From: Candidatus Poribacteria bacterium
GTDB taxonomy: Bacteria > Poribacteria > WGA-4E > WGA-3G
Assembly (NCBI GenBank): GCA_965215265.1
Contig: OZ244048.1
Coordinates: forward strand, 704,001-768,000
DNA: 64,000 nt
Direction: 5' to 3'
Shown here: piece by piece, positions 40,986 through 51,693 of the stretch
Layout of the letters: each line of letters begins with the position of its first letter
Numbering within the stretch: position 1 is the stretch's first letter
Translations under genes and position numbers: made by a program
Notes under the pieces: model-generated
Told to the model about the DNA's origin: nothing
Database searches by the model: none
Seen by the model: only the letters and a program-made list of their open reading frames with translations

Positions 40986-42701
40986 CTACAGTACTCGTTT
41001 TACATAGACATAATAAGCGCCGATAGCCAGTTCGCCTGTTTCATCGGAGAAGAGAGTATGGAGGCGTGTTTGCCCGGCTGTGAGGTGGAACGTAAACGTC
41101 ACGCCGGTAGCCTCTGGTTCGATTGTTTGTGTCTTTGTGTGTTCTCCGATGCGGATTTGTGCGTTTTTGAGGTTGAGTGCGTGTCCGCCGTGATAGAGGC
41201 CGATGCTGTCTCCGGGGATGCCTTCAGTGATTGCTCTGCGTTCTTCGTGTGGCCAGCGGCAGAGCTCAAAACTATACTGTCCATCTTCCGGGATATCAAC
41301 GGCCCAATAGCCGTTGCATTGCATGCCGCGGCGAATCATACCTTGGTTCCATGCGTGTGCCTCGCCGTGCCAATCGTGTGTAGTCAGGCGTGCGACTTGT
41401 TCGTGCTGTGTGCCGACAATGATCGGACAGTCTTCATGAAAGCGTTGAGAGACTAGCGTCCACCAATCTTCATAATGCTCTCGTAGTTCTGCGACAACAT
41501 CTGGGTGCTTGTGGGCAATATCGTGGCGTTGTCCTAGGTCAGTCTGGATATCGTAAAGTTCGGTGCCGTTGATGAGCCGCCAGCGTTGTGACATGGTTGC
41601 GCTGTCCTTCCACTTGATTGGGTTTTCAACGCGCTGTGAATCTGTGACGATGACGCGTTCTTCCCAATCTGCGTTCTCATCTTTGAGTAAGGGGGCGATG
41701 CTGGTGCCGTGGAATTCAGTTGTTTTCACTTCCAATTGGCAGAGTTCAATCAAGGTAGGCAGTATATCTATGTTGGCAGTGAGTTGGTGTAGTTCTTTTC
41801 CTTCTGTGAAGCCTCCTTTGGGCCAATGTAGGAAGAGTGGTACGCGATGCCCTCCTTCGTAAGGTGACCCTTTTTTTCCACGCATGCCGGCGTTGTAGCC
41901 GGCTGTCACAAACTGCTGTGCATCGAGGTCGCATCCGGCGGCAGATCCGTTATCGGTCATGAAGATGAGAATAGTGTTTTGCTCGAGTCCTAAGGTTCGA
42001 AGGTGGTGTCTCAGTCGTGCGATGTTGTCGTCTATATTGGATATCATTCCGTAGAAATTGGCCCGTTCTGTCGGTATGCCTTTCCTTCGGTAGGTTTCAC
42101 TGTAAGCGTGAGGTACCCGGAAGGGTCCGTGTGGTGCGTTTGTCGGGAGGTAACAGAAAAAAGGTCGGTTTTGGTTTCTCTCAATAAATGCCATGGCTTG
42201 TTGAAACCAGACATCGGTGCAGTACCCTTCAAAAGGTTGTTCGGAGCCGTTGTAGAAATAGGTATCGTCAAAATAGTCGTTTCCCCAATAATCTGGGGTT
42301 TGGCTGATACCGCCGCCGCCGTGGTAGAGCGCTTCGTCGAACCCGCGGTCATGGGGTCGGAAGGGGTAATTATCGCCGAGGTGCCATTTGCCAAACATGC
42401 CTGTTTTATATCCGTTGTGCTGGAAGATATCCGCCATAGTGATTTCATCGCTGCGGAGGAGCGAGCGTCCGCCGATGGTATGCCAGACTCCGGTTGAGTT
42501 GCAGTAGTGCCCGGTCATAATCCCGGCGCGCGTAGGTGAGCAGGTGGGTCCGACGTGCAAATTTGTCAATCGAGTGCTTTCATCCGCGAGTGCGTCAAGA
42601 TTTGGTGTACGAATGACAGGGTTGCCAGTGGAGCCCAAATCGCCATAGCCTTGGTCATCGGTGATGACAAACACGAGGTTTGGTTGCGTCTGTTTTGCCA
42701 T
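40986..42701 (-). CDS. arylsulfatase (Cys-type)
   Basis: TDDQG, CSPTRA, GKWHLG, APHGP, TDNG, YEGG. Confidence 0.93.
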   Translation of the reverse strand: MAKQTQPNLVFVITDDQGYGDLGSTGNPVIRTPNLDALADESTRLTNLHVGPTCSPTRAGIMTGHYCNSTGVWHTIGGRSLLRSDEITMADIFQHNGYKTGMFGKWHLGDNYPFRPHDRGFDEALYHGGGGISQTPDYWGNDYFDDTYFYNGSEQPFEGYCTDVWFQQAMAFIERNQNRPFFCYLPTNAPHGPFRVPHAYSETYRRKGIPTERANFYGMISNIDDNIARLRHHLRTLGLEQNTILIFMTDNGSAAGCDLDAQQFVTAGYNAGMRGKKGSPYEGGHRVPLFLHWPKGGFTEGKELHQLTANIDILPTLIELCQLEVKTTEFHGTSIAPLLKDENADWEERVIVTDSQRVENPIKWKDSATMSQRWRLINGTELYDIQTDLGQRHDIAHKHPDVVAELREHYEDWWTLVSQRFHEDCPIIVGTQHEQVARLTTHDWHGEAHAWNQGMIRRGMQCNGYWAVDIPEDGQYSFELCRWPHEERRAITEGIPGDSIGLYHGGHALNLKNAQIRIGEHTKTQTIEPEATGVTFTFHLTAGQTRLHTLFSDETGELAIGAYYVYVKRVL

Positions 42702-42755
42702 GATAATTTCTCCTAGCGTGCAGCCTTGTGTATCCCAGGCTTATGGGAGGTTCTG

Positions 42756-43943
42756 TTATTGCAAGGCTTTTTTGATCCTATCCAAGCCTCGGTTAATTTC
42801 AGTCAAGGATGTAGCGAAGGAGAGCCGTAAATGATTATCTGCGCCGAAGCCGCTGCCTGGTACAACGCCGACACCGGCGGCATTTAAAAGATAATCGGTT
42901 ATGTCCATAGAACCTTTGAGGGTTTTCCCAGCGAGGGTGCGTCCATAGTGTTGCGAGAAATCGGGGAAGATGTAAAATGTGCCCTGCGGTTTAACGTAGT
43001 GGACACCATCGATTTCGTCAAAACGTTGACAGATGACGTTGCGGCGTTCCTCAAAAGCGGTTCGCATTTCTTCAACGGCATCTTGTGGAGCAGTTAACGC
43101 GGCGAGCGCGGCTTTCTGTGCGATAGAGGTGGGATTAGAGGTGCTATGCGATTGTATGCCTGACATCGCCTGAATTGCGTCTTCAGGTCCGGCGGTGTAT
43201 CCGATGCGCCATCCTGTCATTGAGTATGCTTTTGACACGCCGTTGACCACAAAGGTTATGGCTTTTGTCTCTTCGTTGAAGGTAGCTGGGCTCTGGTGTG
43301 CTGCGCCGTCGTAGAGCAACGCCTCGTAAATTTCATCGGAGATGAGATAGACTTGATGTTTAACGGCGAGCTCTCCAATTTGTTTAAGAGTGTCAACATC
43401 ATATGTTGTTCCGGTCGGGTTACTGGGGCTGTTCACCAGAATAGCCTTTGTCTGTGGAGTTATGGCTGCTTCCACTTGTGCAGGTGTCATGCAAAAGTTT
43501 TTTTCGGGTGTGGTGTGAATGACGTTCGGTATGGCACCTGCCAATTTAATCTGTTCTGGATAACTGACCCAATAGGGTGCGGCGAAGATGACTTCGTCTC
43601 CTGGATCGCAGATAGCTTGGAATATGTTATAGATGGTGTGCTTCGCGCCGCAGGAGACAATGACTTGCGAGGGGCTGTAGCTAAGTCCGTTATCCTGCTG
43701 GAATTTTTGGGCGATGGCCTCTCGGAGTTCGGGTATCCCGGGGACGGGGGTATATTTGGTAAAGCCGGCATCCAAAGCATCAACGGCGGCGGCTTTGATA
43801 TAGTCTGGCGTGTCAAAATCGGGTTCACCGGCACCAAATTTGACGACATCTACGCCATCGGCGATCATGGCGTTAATTTTTGCTGTAATTGCCAAGGTTG
43901 AGGACGGTGTTACGTTTTGACTACGTTGTGATAATGAAATCAT
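42756..43943 (-). CDS. class I/II PLP aminotransferase (aspartate aminotransferase-like)
   Basis: GEPDF, NSPSNPTG, SDEIY, SKAYSMTGWRIG. Confidence 0.92.
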   Translation of the reverse strand: MISLSQRSQNVTPSSTLAITAKINAMIADGVDVVKFGAGEPDFDTPDYIKAAAVDALDAGFTKYTPVPGIPELREAIAQKFQQDNGLSYSPSQVIVSCGAKHTIYNIFQAICDPGDEVIFAAPYWVSYPEQIKLAGAIPNVIHTTPEKNFCMTPAQVEAAITPQTKAILVNSPSNPTGTTYDVDTLKQIGELAVKHQVYLISDEIYEALLYDGAAHQSPATFNEETKAITFVVNGVSKAYSMTGWRIGYTAGPEDAIQAMSGIQSHSTSNPTSIAQKAALAALTAPQDAVEEMRTAFEERRNVICQRFDEIDGVHYVKPQGTFYIFPDFSQHYGRTLAGKTLKGSMDITDYLLNAAGVGVVPGSGFGADNHLRLSFATSLTEINRGLDRIKKALQ

Positions 43944-44050
43944 GAACTCTCCTTTTTTTGTTATCGTTAGTGAATTAGAAAAGAATAGGGATCTTTATGT
44001 TGAAAGATGTCTCAAAAAGCGTGCCTCTCGGTGCTGTTCAGCATTGGTAG

Positions 44051-44923
44051 TTACCGGGATTTTAATGTTTTCTCAAAGTCCTGTAACAGGTTGCGTTGTT
44101 TACGAGAGAGGGATTTCGGAATTTCAACCTTTAATCGGACGAGAAAATCGCCTTTATTGCCGGATTCATCGGTGATTCCTTGGCGGCGCAATCGCAATTG
44201 CTGCCCGTGCTGGGTGCCGGCCGGAACTTTGAGTTCTACTTCACCTGTTAAGTTTTGGATGCGAACGGTGCCGCCGAGTGCAGCGGTTGTCATTGAAACG
44301 GTTGCGTCGGTTAATAAATTGAGCCCGTCGCGCGTGAACGTAGGATGCGGTTGGACGTTGATTTGAACGAGCAGGTCGCCTGGGTGTCCCCCGCCTATGG
44401 GTTGAGCGTGTCCACGAATGCGTAAGGTTTGCGAATCCTTAATGCCTGCAGGAATTTTTAAGGTTATGCTCTTTCCGTGCAGGTTCACCTGTTTTTGGGT
44501 GCCGAGTGCAGCTTCTATAAATGAGACGGTGAGATTCATGCGCTGATCTCGTGCCTGGGTGGATTGAGGTTCTTGTCGTGGGTTGCCAAAGATATCACTG
44601 AAAGCCTGGTCAAATCCTCCGAGTCCGCTGCGTCCGAAAATCTCATTTAGATTAAGGTTAGCGAAAATGTCGTCCATATTGGCGTAGCCTTCAAATCCCA
44701 TTCGATGGACACCAGCATGGCCGCGTGTATCATAGACCTTGCGTTTTTCCGGATCGGATAAGACAGAGTAGGCGTTTGATGCCTCTTTGAATTTTTCTTC
44801 AGCAACTTTATCGCCTGGGTTTTTATCTGGATGGTACTTGACGGCGAGTTTGCGATACGCCTTTTTGATTTTTTCAGGTGTAGCGTTTCGGGTCACGCCG
44901 AGTATTTCATAATAATCTTTCAT
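44051..44923 (-). CDS. class B J-domain chaperone (DnaJ/CbpA-like, no zinc finger)
   Basis: [12 protein letters not shown] motif, DnaJ C-terminal domain. Confidence 0.92.
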   Translation of the reverse strand: MKDYYEILGVTRNATPEKIKKAYRKLAVKYHPDKNPGDKVAEEKFKEASNAYSVLSDPEKRKVYDTRGHAGVHRMGFEGYANMDDIFANLNLNEIFGRSGLGGFDQAFSDIFGNPRQEPQSTQARDQRMNLTVSFIEAALGTQKQVNLHGKSITLKIPAGIKDSQTLRIRGHAQPIGGGHPGDLLVQINVQPHPTFTRDGLNLLTDATVSMTTAALGGTVRIQNLTGEVELKVPAGTQHGQQLRLRRQGITDESGNKGDFLVRLKVEIPKSLSRKQRNLLQDFEKTLKSR

Positions 44924-44939
44924 AGTTTTTCTATAGGAG

Positions 44940-46136
44940 TTACAAAGTGGAGCTGTGCAAAGCGTGCGATCTGGAAATCATGGAATTCTCCAGTTTGGCG
45001 TGTAACTCGGTTAGTGTTTGAATATTCCGATGCTGTTTGACAAGGGTAGTTCCGAAGTTAAGGGCGAAGGTTTCGACTAGCAGTTTGCGTTTGGCATCGA
45101 CAATGGCTTCAATGTCTTTGACATGTGCTGCGCCGATGATGCGCCGCAATATCTCCATACCGGCGAATCCAACAGTATCTTGGAAGATTTGCAGCAATGT
45201 AGGGGCTTTTCGGATTTTAAATTCAGTAGCGTATCCGTTCCATGTGTGCTCAATGGCCATTTTGAGTTGGGCTTGGATAATCGGCTTATCAGTGTGTGAA
45301 AAGTAGGATAAGTAGTAGTTTGCCCAATATAACCCGAGGTCAAAGGCAACGGGCCCGTAACATGCGAATTCTGCGTCAATAAATTTTGGCGAATCGCCCT
45401 GTACCATAACACTTCCGGTATGAAGATCGCCATGTATTACCGCTTGCTGTGCATTGCAAAAGAGATTTTTGAGGTGGTGTGCGTGTTTTAAGAAATCCTC
45501 GTCCGTTTTCAATTGTGCGACGAAGGGTTCTAACCCTTTGGAATAGAAATTGGTTTCGTGTTCGATAAATGGGAAAGTGAAGACATAATCTGCGGTTAAT
45601 GCACGCATCTCTGCGTTTTCAAAACAGTTTTGATAGCGGTTTTTCGAGTTGGTATTCCGTTTATAGGCTTCGGTTTTTAATTCTATATCAGGGTAAGTTT
45701 TTCTATGGATGCGCCCGAGGAACCTACCTACTTGTTCAGCCAGTGTCTGATTAACCCGTCCTGCGATGAGTTCATCCCTTAAGAGAGCGTGGTCGCGGAG
45801 ATCTTCTATAAGCAGTACGGCGTTTTCTTGGTCAAAAAATAGTGGTGTAGGTACCGACCTGGTTGCAAGTCGGTGGTAGAGGTCTAGCATTCGGAATTCA
45901 TAGGTAAGGCGTTGTGCGGTTAAGGGGTATGCGGGCCCTAGTATTTTAACGTAGGGCGGTGCGTGCTTGAGTATAAGAGAGTGGCTCGGCTGTGCTGCAT
46001 CAAACACGCGAAAGATAAAATTCAGGTTTCCGTCGCCGATTTGCTGAGCGACGAGTTGTGCATCTGGCGCGAAGTGCGCTATATCTGCTTGCCTGTGCTT
46101 TAGGTAAAGGGGTATAGTGTTTTCGTTGATATCCAT
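44940..46136 (-). CDS. mtnK: S-methyl-5-thioribose kinase family
   Basis: [35 protein letters not shown]. Confidence 0.85.
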   Translation of the reverse strand: MDINENTIPLYLKHRQADIAHFAPDAQLVAQQIGDGNLNFIFRVFDAAQPSHSLILKHAPPYVKILGPAYPLTAQRLTYEFRMLDLYHRLATRSVPTPLFFDQENAVLLIEDLRDHALLRDELIAGRVNQTLAEQVGRFLGRIHRKTYPDIELKTEAYKRNTNSKNRYQNCFENAEMRALTADYVFTFPFIEHETNFYSKGLEPFVAQLKTDEDFLKHAHHLKNLFCNAQQAVIHGDLHTGSVMVQGDSPKFIDAEFACYGPVAFDLGLYWANYYLSYFSHTDKPIIQAQLKMAIEHTWNGYATEFKIRKAPTLLQIFQDTVGFAGMEILRRIIGAAHVKDIEAIVDAKRKLLVETFALNFGTTLVKQHRNIQTLTELHAKLENSMISRSHALHSSTL

Positions 46137-46190
46137 GATCAGATATAGAAATAAAAGGCGCGTTTTGCTTGGACAGCGGTCCGATGGTTG

Positions 46191-47192
46191 TTAAAGGAGC
46201 AGATTCTCTGCGATTTGAATCGCGTTTAATGCTGCTCCTTTGCGTAGATTGTCTGCGACTACCCAAAGATTTAATCCATTTTCAATGGAACGATCTTCTC
46301 GGATGCGTCCGACATATACGTCATCTTCTCCGGCGGCATCGATAGGGAGTGGATATTTCGAATTGCCGGGGTCGTCAATAAGTTGGATGCCGGGTGCTTC
46401 AGCGAGAGTTTTGCGTGCTTGGTCGGGCGTGAGTTTTTCATGAGTCTCGACATTAATGGATTCGGAATGCGCGTAAAAAACTGGGACGCGTGCCGTAGTT
46501 GCTGAAATCTGTATGGTTTGGTCTTCAAGGATTTTGCGTGTTTCGTTAACCATTTTTAGTTCTTCTTCGTTATCGCCGGTGTCGGTAAATGGCCAATCGA
46601 AGGCGACATTAAATGCTATCTGATGTGGGAATCGTTCGCATGTAATCGGTTTGCCTTGCAATGCATCGGTAGTTTGTTGAACGAGTTCGAGCACTGCACG
46701 TCCGCTTTTGCCGGAGACGCTCTGGTATGTAGAAACGACAATGCGTTTGATACCGGCGGTGTCGTAAATAGGTTTGAGTGCTACCATCATCTGGATAGTT
46801 GAGCAGTTAGGGTTAGCAATGATTCCGTTATGTTTTCGTGCTGCATGCATGTTGACTTCTGGTACAACGAGAGGTGTATCATCATCCATGCGGAATGCGC
46901 TTGTATTGTCAATCACCAATGCCCCGTTTTGCACAGCTGTGGGTATGAACTCTCGACTGACGGTGGCTCCTGCGGATGAAAAGACGAGGTCGACATCGTG
47001 AAAAGAATCATGGTTCAATTCTTCAATGACGATGTGCTGATCTTTAAAGGAGAGAATTTCGCCTGCCGATCTGTGTGATGCGAGCAGTTTGAGCGAATCG
47101 ATTGGAAACGCACGTTTTTCTAAAATTTGCAATAGCGTATTGCCGACTGCACCAGTTGCACCGACAATTGCGACACAATAACTTTGACTCAT
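46191..47192 (-). CDS. asd: aspartate-semialdehyde dehydrogenase
   Basis: GATGAVG, PLVVPEVN, ANPNCST, DNLRKGAALN. Confidence 0.97.
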   Translation of the reverse strand: MSQSYCVAIVGATGAVGNTLLQILEKRAFPIDSLKLLASHRSAGEILSFKDQHIVIEELNHDSFHDVDLVFSSAGATVSREFIPTAVQNGALVIDNTSAFRMDDDTPLVVPEVNMHAARKHNGIIANPNCSTIQMMVALKPIYDTAGIKRIVVSTYQSVSGKSGRAVLELVQQTTDALQGKPITCERFPHQIAFNVAFDWPFTDTGDNEEELKMVNETRKILEDQTIQISATTARVPVFYAHSESINVETHEKLTPDQARKTLAEAPGIQLIDDPGNSKYPLPIDAAGEDDVYVGRIREDRSIENGLNLWVVADNLRKGAALNAIQIAENLLL

Positions 47193-47420
47193 TTCTAATA
47201 TATTCCTCTATTGTTAGCCTAACGGTATCAGGTTCTGGTGTATCTCCTATTATTAGACCTGTTGCGAATTGGCCGTTTTGGCCTAGCCAAGGCGGTAGTG
47301 CTTGACTTAATTAAATTTTGTTGTATAATAGCAGTTGCGGCCGTCCGAGTTCTTAAGTGACAGTTGCTTTCACGTAAAATTTGGGTTCTTGTTCGATTGC
47401 CAAGAGCGAACTTATATTTC

Positions 47421-47449
47421 ATTATACCACAAGTGAGCTCGTTAAGCAA
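47421..47449 (-). promoter_or_regulatory. putative asd promoter
   Basis: TTGCTT-17-TATAAT with extended TG. Confidence 0.6.
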
Positions 47450-47538
47450 AATATTTTACGCGAAAAGAAAAAAATGTAGACAAATATTGAAAAATATGGT
47501 ATTAATTTATAATATGCTTAGATGAAAGCAAATTTAAC

Positions 47539-47568
47539 TTGACACAATCTATATTTGTATAGTATAAT
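47539..47568 (+). promoter_or_regulatory. putative hup promoter
   Basis: TTGACA-18-TATAAT. Confidence 0.7.
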
Positions 47569-47715
47569 AAGGTTACTGTTAGTTCAATATAATTTTTTAT
47601 TTTTCCAATGTGCGAATCTGTTGTTAGTTCTGATTAATAGGATGCCAAGAGAGATATAATTTTTCAGGAAATTCAGGTTTTTGAATTGGAAATAAAAATG
47701 AGAGGAACATTTAAC

Positions 47716-48000
47716 ATGGCTAAATTAATGAAAGATAGCATTATTAGCAGCGTTGTAGAGCAAACAGGTCTTAGTAAAAAAGATGCGAATGCTGCTGTTG
47801 ATGCAATTGTAGCAACGATTCGAGACGCTTTGGGCAATGGTGATTCTATTGGTCTGATTGGTTTCGGGACGTTTGAAGTCAGAACAAGAGCTGCTCGGAC
47901 GGGTCGTAATCCGCAAACGGGCGATGAGCTTAAGATCCCAGAGAAAAAGGTTCCGGCGTTTAAACCGGGCAAACAGTTACGGGATGCGGTTTCCGAATAG
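47716..48000 (+). CDS. hup: HU family DNA-binding protein
   Basis: GFGTFEVR.RAARTGRNPQTG, PAFKPGK; start at ATG 47716 after GAGG. Confidence 0.96.
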   Translation: MAKLMKDSIISSVVEQTGLSKKDANAAVDAIVATIRDALGNGDSIGLIGFGTFEVRTRAARTGRNPQTGDELKIPEKKVPAFKPGKQLRDAVSE

Positions 48001-48066
48001 GAACGTCTGTGCTATCGTAGTTCGTGCGATCGTTCTGCGTATCGATTTGCGCGTGCTGCTGTTTAC

Positions 48067-48116
48067 AACAACGCAGGGCTGCTCTTCGTTTTTGCGAAGA
48101 GCAGCCCTGCGTTGTT
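48067..48116 (+). terminator. 22-bp perfect stem-loop after hup
   Basis: AACAACGCAGGGCTGCTCTTCG / CGAAGAGCAGCCCTGCGTTGTT. Confidence 0.75.
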
Positions 48117-48347
48117 TGAAAATGAAGGCAACGGTTTGAATTTTTCTTAATTTGATTATATCTTGGAAAAACGCAATGCGTCTACGCCCGCAAAATCTGT
48201 TGTCAAATATTTTGGCAGCATGTTATTATAGAAATTGTAGGGTGCCTGAGTTGCGTTTTGCTTTAGCTAGTTTAGTGAGATGTGTTGTATTGCAGAATCA
48301 TGCCTATCATTTGGTGCCCGACTATATTGTTTGTGAGGAGAATGGTG

Positions 48348-49406
48348 ATGTTAATCCGAAGCAGAGCACCGGTCCGCATTGATTTTGCGGGTGGTTGGAG
48401 CGACGTAGCACTTTTTACCGAGGTGTCTAAGGGTTTTGTTGTGAACGGTGCGATTAACCGATACGCTTACGCGACGCTTGTCTGTGAGAGCCAAGAGGAG
48501 CATCCGGATTCTGTTGAGCTGCAGCGTATTCTGGATAAAAGCATTCGTATTTATTCTGCAGATTTTGATACGTACATTGAAGCGGCGGCTGTCCATCAAC
48601 TTGAATATGACGGTAACATAGATCTGATTAAGGCAGCGGTTCGCCAGATGTCCATTCAAATAGGTGGTTTTGACTTGATTACGCAGTCTACAGCCCCGCC
48701 GGGTAGTGGTTTAGGTACATCAGCAGCGATGGGTGTTGCGCTGATCGGTGTGCTGGGTGCTCTGAAGGATGTGACGTACCTGCCGTATCAATATGCAGAG
48801 TTAGCAAGCAGTATAGAACGTTATGAGCTTGGGATTCTTGGTGGGAAGCAAGACCATTATGCAAGCGCTATCGGTGGTATTAACTTTATGGAGTTCCAAG
48901 CCGAGGAGGTGAAAACGTCTCCGTTAAAACTACCGCGGCATATCTGCTATGAATTAGAAAAGAACTTAGTTCTTTGTTACACGGGGCAATCTCGGCTATC
49001 CGGTAATATACATCAAAACGTAAAGACTGCGTATAAAAGTGGGGATGCGAGTATTAAAGATGCCTTAGAAAATCTAAAGTCAATTGCGGAAGCTACCAAA
49101 ACAGCGCTGATTCGTGGGCGTTTAACAGATTTTGGTGAGCTTCTGACAGAAAATTGGCAAAATCAGAAGAGACTGCATTCGTCCGTAACAAATGAGCAAA
49201 TTGAGGCACTCTTTAAGCTTGCCAATGCGCATGGTGCAATTGGAGGGAAGGCATGTGGTGCCGGTGGTGGCGGTTGCTTGCTCTTTTATTGTCAACCGGC
49301 GCGGGAGCATAGCGTTCGGCAGAAGCTTGAAGAGGCAGGAACTCACGTTATTGACTTTAACTTTGACATCGACGGTCTGCAGATATGGAAAACCGAGTCG
49401 GAGTAG
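48348..49406 (+). CDS. GHMP sugar kinase (HddA-like)
   Basis: APVRIDFAGG.SD, PPGSGLGTS, GKQD, GAGGGG; GAGGAG RBS. Confidence 0.88.
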   Translation: MLIRSRAPVRIDFAGGWSDVALFTEVSKGFVVNGAINRYAYATLVCESQEEHPDSVELQRILDKSIRIYSADFDTYIEAAAVHQLEYDGNIDLIKAAVRQMSIQIGGFDLITQSTAPPGSGLGTSAAMGVALIGVLGALKDVTYLPYQYAELASSIERYELGILGGKQDHYASAIGGINFMEFQAEEVKTSPLKLPRHICYELEKNLVLCYTGQSRLSGNIHQNVKTAYKSGDASIKDALENLKSIAEATKTALIRGRLTDFGELLTENWQNQKRLHSSVTNEQIEALFKLANAHGAIGGKACGAGGGGCLLFYCQPAREHSVRQKLEEAGTHVIDFNFDIDGLQIWKTESE

Positions 49407-49487
49407 ATATAGTTAACGTTCTACAAGCCTATTGAGCGGTATTGCTTGACATCCGCAGTCTAAACGAACAAACAAAAGGAGCTGTAT

Positions 49488-50510
49488 TTGAAAAACGACA
49501 TGTCAGAAACACAAACACAGACACCTATTGAAGCTGCCGAGTTCCTAACAACGGCAAGAGAAAAAATCTTAACAGAACTGAAAAAGCGAATCATCGGTCA
49601 AGAAGAAGTGATAGACCAGCTGCTAATTGCCTTATTTTCGCAAGGGCACTGCCTGCTTGTGGGTGTTCCGGGCTTAGCAAAGACACTGCTCATCAGTAGT
49701 TTTGCCGAGATTCTCGCTCTTCCGTTCAATAGAATTCAATTCACGCCGGACCTGATGCCTTCGGACATTATAGGAACGGATATTATTGAGGAAGAGATAG
49801 AAACAGGTAAACGTGCCTTCCGTTTCATTCGCGGTCCGGTTTTCGCTAACATAGTTCTTGCGGATGAGATTAACCGGACTCCTCCGAAAACACAAGCTGC
49901 ACTGCTGCAAGCGATGCAAGAATATAAGGTTACAGCGGGGGGAAATACGTATAGTTTGGAGCTTCCGTTTTTTGTGTTAGCGACGCAAAATCCGATTGAG
50001 CAGGAAGGGACGTATCCTCTGCCGGAAGCGCAGCTTGACCGGTTCATGTTTAACATCTATATCGATTATCCGAGCAAAGCAGAGGAGAAAGAGATTGTTA
50101 TGACAACGACTTCTGCTTACGACTCGAAGTTGGCCCCGGTTATTAGCGGTGAGGACGTATTAAGGTTACAACAGATTGTCCGGAAGGTCCCTATTGCGGA
50201 AGCGATGGTAGATTACGCGGTTGAATTGAGTCTTAATACGCGGCCTGCGCATCCGGGTGCACCGGATTTTATTAAGGATTGGGTTAACTGGGGTGCGGGG
50301 CCGAGGGCTTCACAGTATCTTGTTCTGGGTGCTAAGGCACGTGCGATTATGCTGGGGCGTTATCACGTGGCATATGAGGATATAAAAGCCGTGGCAAAAT
50401 CTGTTCTTCGTCACCGGATTTTGACCAACTTTAACGCTGAAGCGGATGGTATTACGAGCTTGGATATTATAGATAGGTTACTGGCAGAAGTTGTACCGTC
50501 TGCCGCCTGA
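49488..50510 (+). CDS. MoxR family AAA+ ATPase
   Basis: [36 protein letters not shown]. Confidence 0.93.
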   Translation: MKNDMSETQTQTPIEAAEFLTTAREKILTELKKRIIGQEEVIDQLLIALFSQGHCLLVGVPGLAKTLLISSFAEILALPFNRIQFTPDLMPSDIIGTDIIEEEIETGKRAFRFIRGPVFANIVLADEINRTPPKTQAALLQAMQEYKVTAGGNTYSLELPFFVLATQNPIEQEGTYPLPEAQLDRFMFNIYIDYPSKAEEKEIVMTTTSAYDSKLAPVISGEDVLRLQQIVRKVPIAEAMVDYAVELSLNTRPAHPGAPDFIKDWVNWGAGPRASQYLVLGAKARAIMLGRYHVAYEDIKAVAKSVLRHRILTNFNAEADGITSLDIIDRLLAEVVPSAA

Positions 50511-50741
50511 CATTACGTAGTATTTTACGTTGTGCATTGTCCATTGGGTGTGAGCCTTAGAAATTTTGGTTTGACTTTTTTTGTTTCTATGTTAAAATAA
50601 TATTGAATGTGAGAAGATAGGCAGCAGTGCCTATTTTATTAACAATACTTTACGTAACGCGTAACAGTGCGGTAGAATGGACGGAAATAGGTTTTCAGTC
50701 CTGTGCTGCTCTAACGAAAAAACTACATAAGGAGAAATAAT

Positions 50742-51179
50742 ATGGCAGGAATGATTCCGACAATCAGTTCTGGTGTCGCAGGTCCATTGGGTGTGCTACA
50801 CCTCCCTCGCTTCTGGTCGAAGGTGTTAATGGATGCGAAAGGTGTTCTTCATGAGGATTACCCTGCGTGCGGCGCGGGTTACGATCAGATGGTGTTAGAC
50901 GCTCTGGGGCTTGACCGGGCTGCGACGTTGGCCTATATCCGGGACAATTCGCCTACCTATCCGCAGTTTGAGGCGTGGGTTTTGGAACAGTGTGGTGGAA
51001 GTCTTGATGAGGCGGCTGTTGCGGCCCACAATGCGGCAATTGAGGGTTATAACCACGACGATGACACTCGTCAAAGTATCCTTAGCGCGAGTGGGCTTGA
51101 GGACGACGGTTCGATCTTAGACGCTGTTAATCTTAACAACCTTGATGATTGGTATGAATTTCATGCCAGTTTAGGCTAG
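50742..51179 (+). CDS. conserved hypothetical protein (DUF5069-like)
   Basis: GPLGVLHLPR.W.K..Y...G.G.D pattern; AGGAG RBS and downstream terminator. Confidence 0.65.
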   Translation: MAGMIPTISSGVAGPLGVLHLPRFWSKVLMDAKGVLHEDYPACGAGYDQMVLDALGLDRAATLAYIRDNSPTYPQFEAWVLEQCGGSLDEAAVAAHNAAIEGYNHDDDTRQSILSASGLEDDGSILDAVNLNNLDDWYEFHASLG

Positions 51180-51194
51180 GTTATGGTATGATGT

Positions 51195-51221
51195 GGCGCG
51201 GTTTTGGGGCCGCGCCTTTTT
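51195..51221 (+). terminator. intrinsic terminator
   Basis: GGCGCGG..CCGCGCC followed by T5. Confidence 0.75.
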
Positions 51222-51272
51222 CACTTAATTTATGTGCATTCTCAATAAGGCTGCCTGCCGTGAAGGTAAAAG

Positions 51273-51680
51273 ATGAAAAAGAAACTTTATTTTGCGTACG
51301 GTATGAATCTCAATCATGCACATATGCGTGGTGCTTGTCCGACAGCGATACCCATTGGGCCGCGTAAGATTCAGGGTTACCGCCTTGTGTTTCGATTTTA
51401 CGCAGATATTGTCGCGGCTGCGGAATCCTGCGTTTGGGGTGGCTGCTGGGAGATTGACGAGAGTGCAGAGGCGCAGCTGGACAGAATTGAAGGTTACCCT
51501 CACCTGTATAAAAGACTTGAGGTAGATGGCATGATGGTTTATCAGATGACTAATGCGCAGGAATTGGAAAAACCGGCCCCCTGGTATCTGGAGATAATTA
51601 AGGAGGGTTTGGCCGATTTCGGCTACCCGCCTGAAGAGACGCTCCGGAAAAATTTAGGGGGCGGTGTAGACATCAAATAA
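51273..51680 (+). CDS. gamma-glutamylcyclotransferase family protein
   Basis: YFAYGMNL, LDRIEGYP..Y. Confidence 0.85.
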   Translation: MKKKLYFAYGMNLNHAHMRGACPTAIPIGPRKIQGYRLVFRFYADIVAAAESCVWGGCWEIDESAEAQLDRIEGYPHLYKRLEVDGMMVYQMTNAQELEKPAPWYLEIIKEGLADFGYPPEETLRKNLGGGVDIK

Positions 51681-51693
51681 CCCACACGCTTGA

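Noticed and set aside
47193-47420. Lysine riboswitch upstream of asd
   Set aside because: The conserved riboswitch core motifs are not recognisable.
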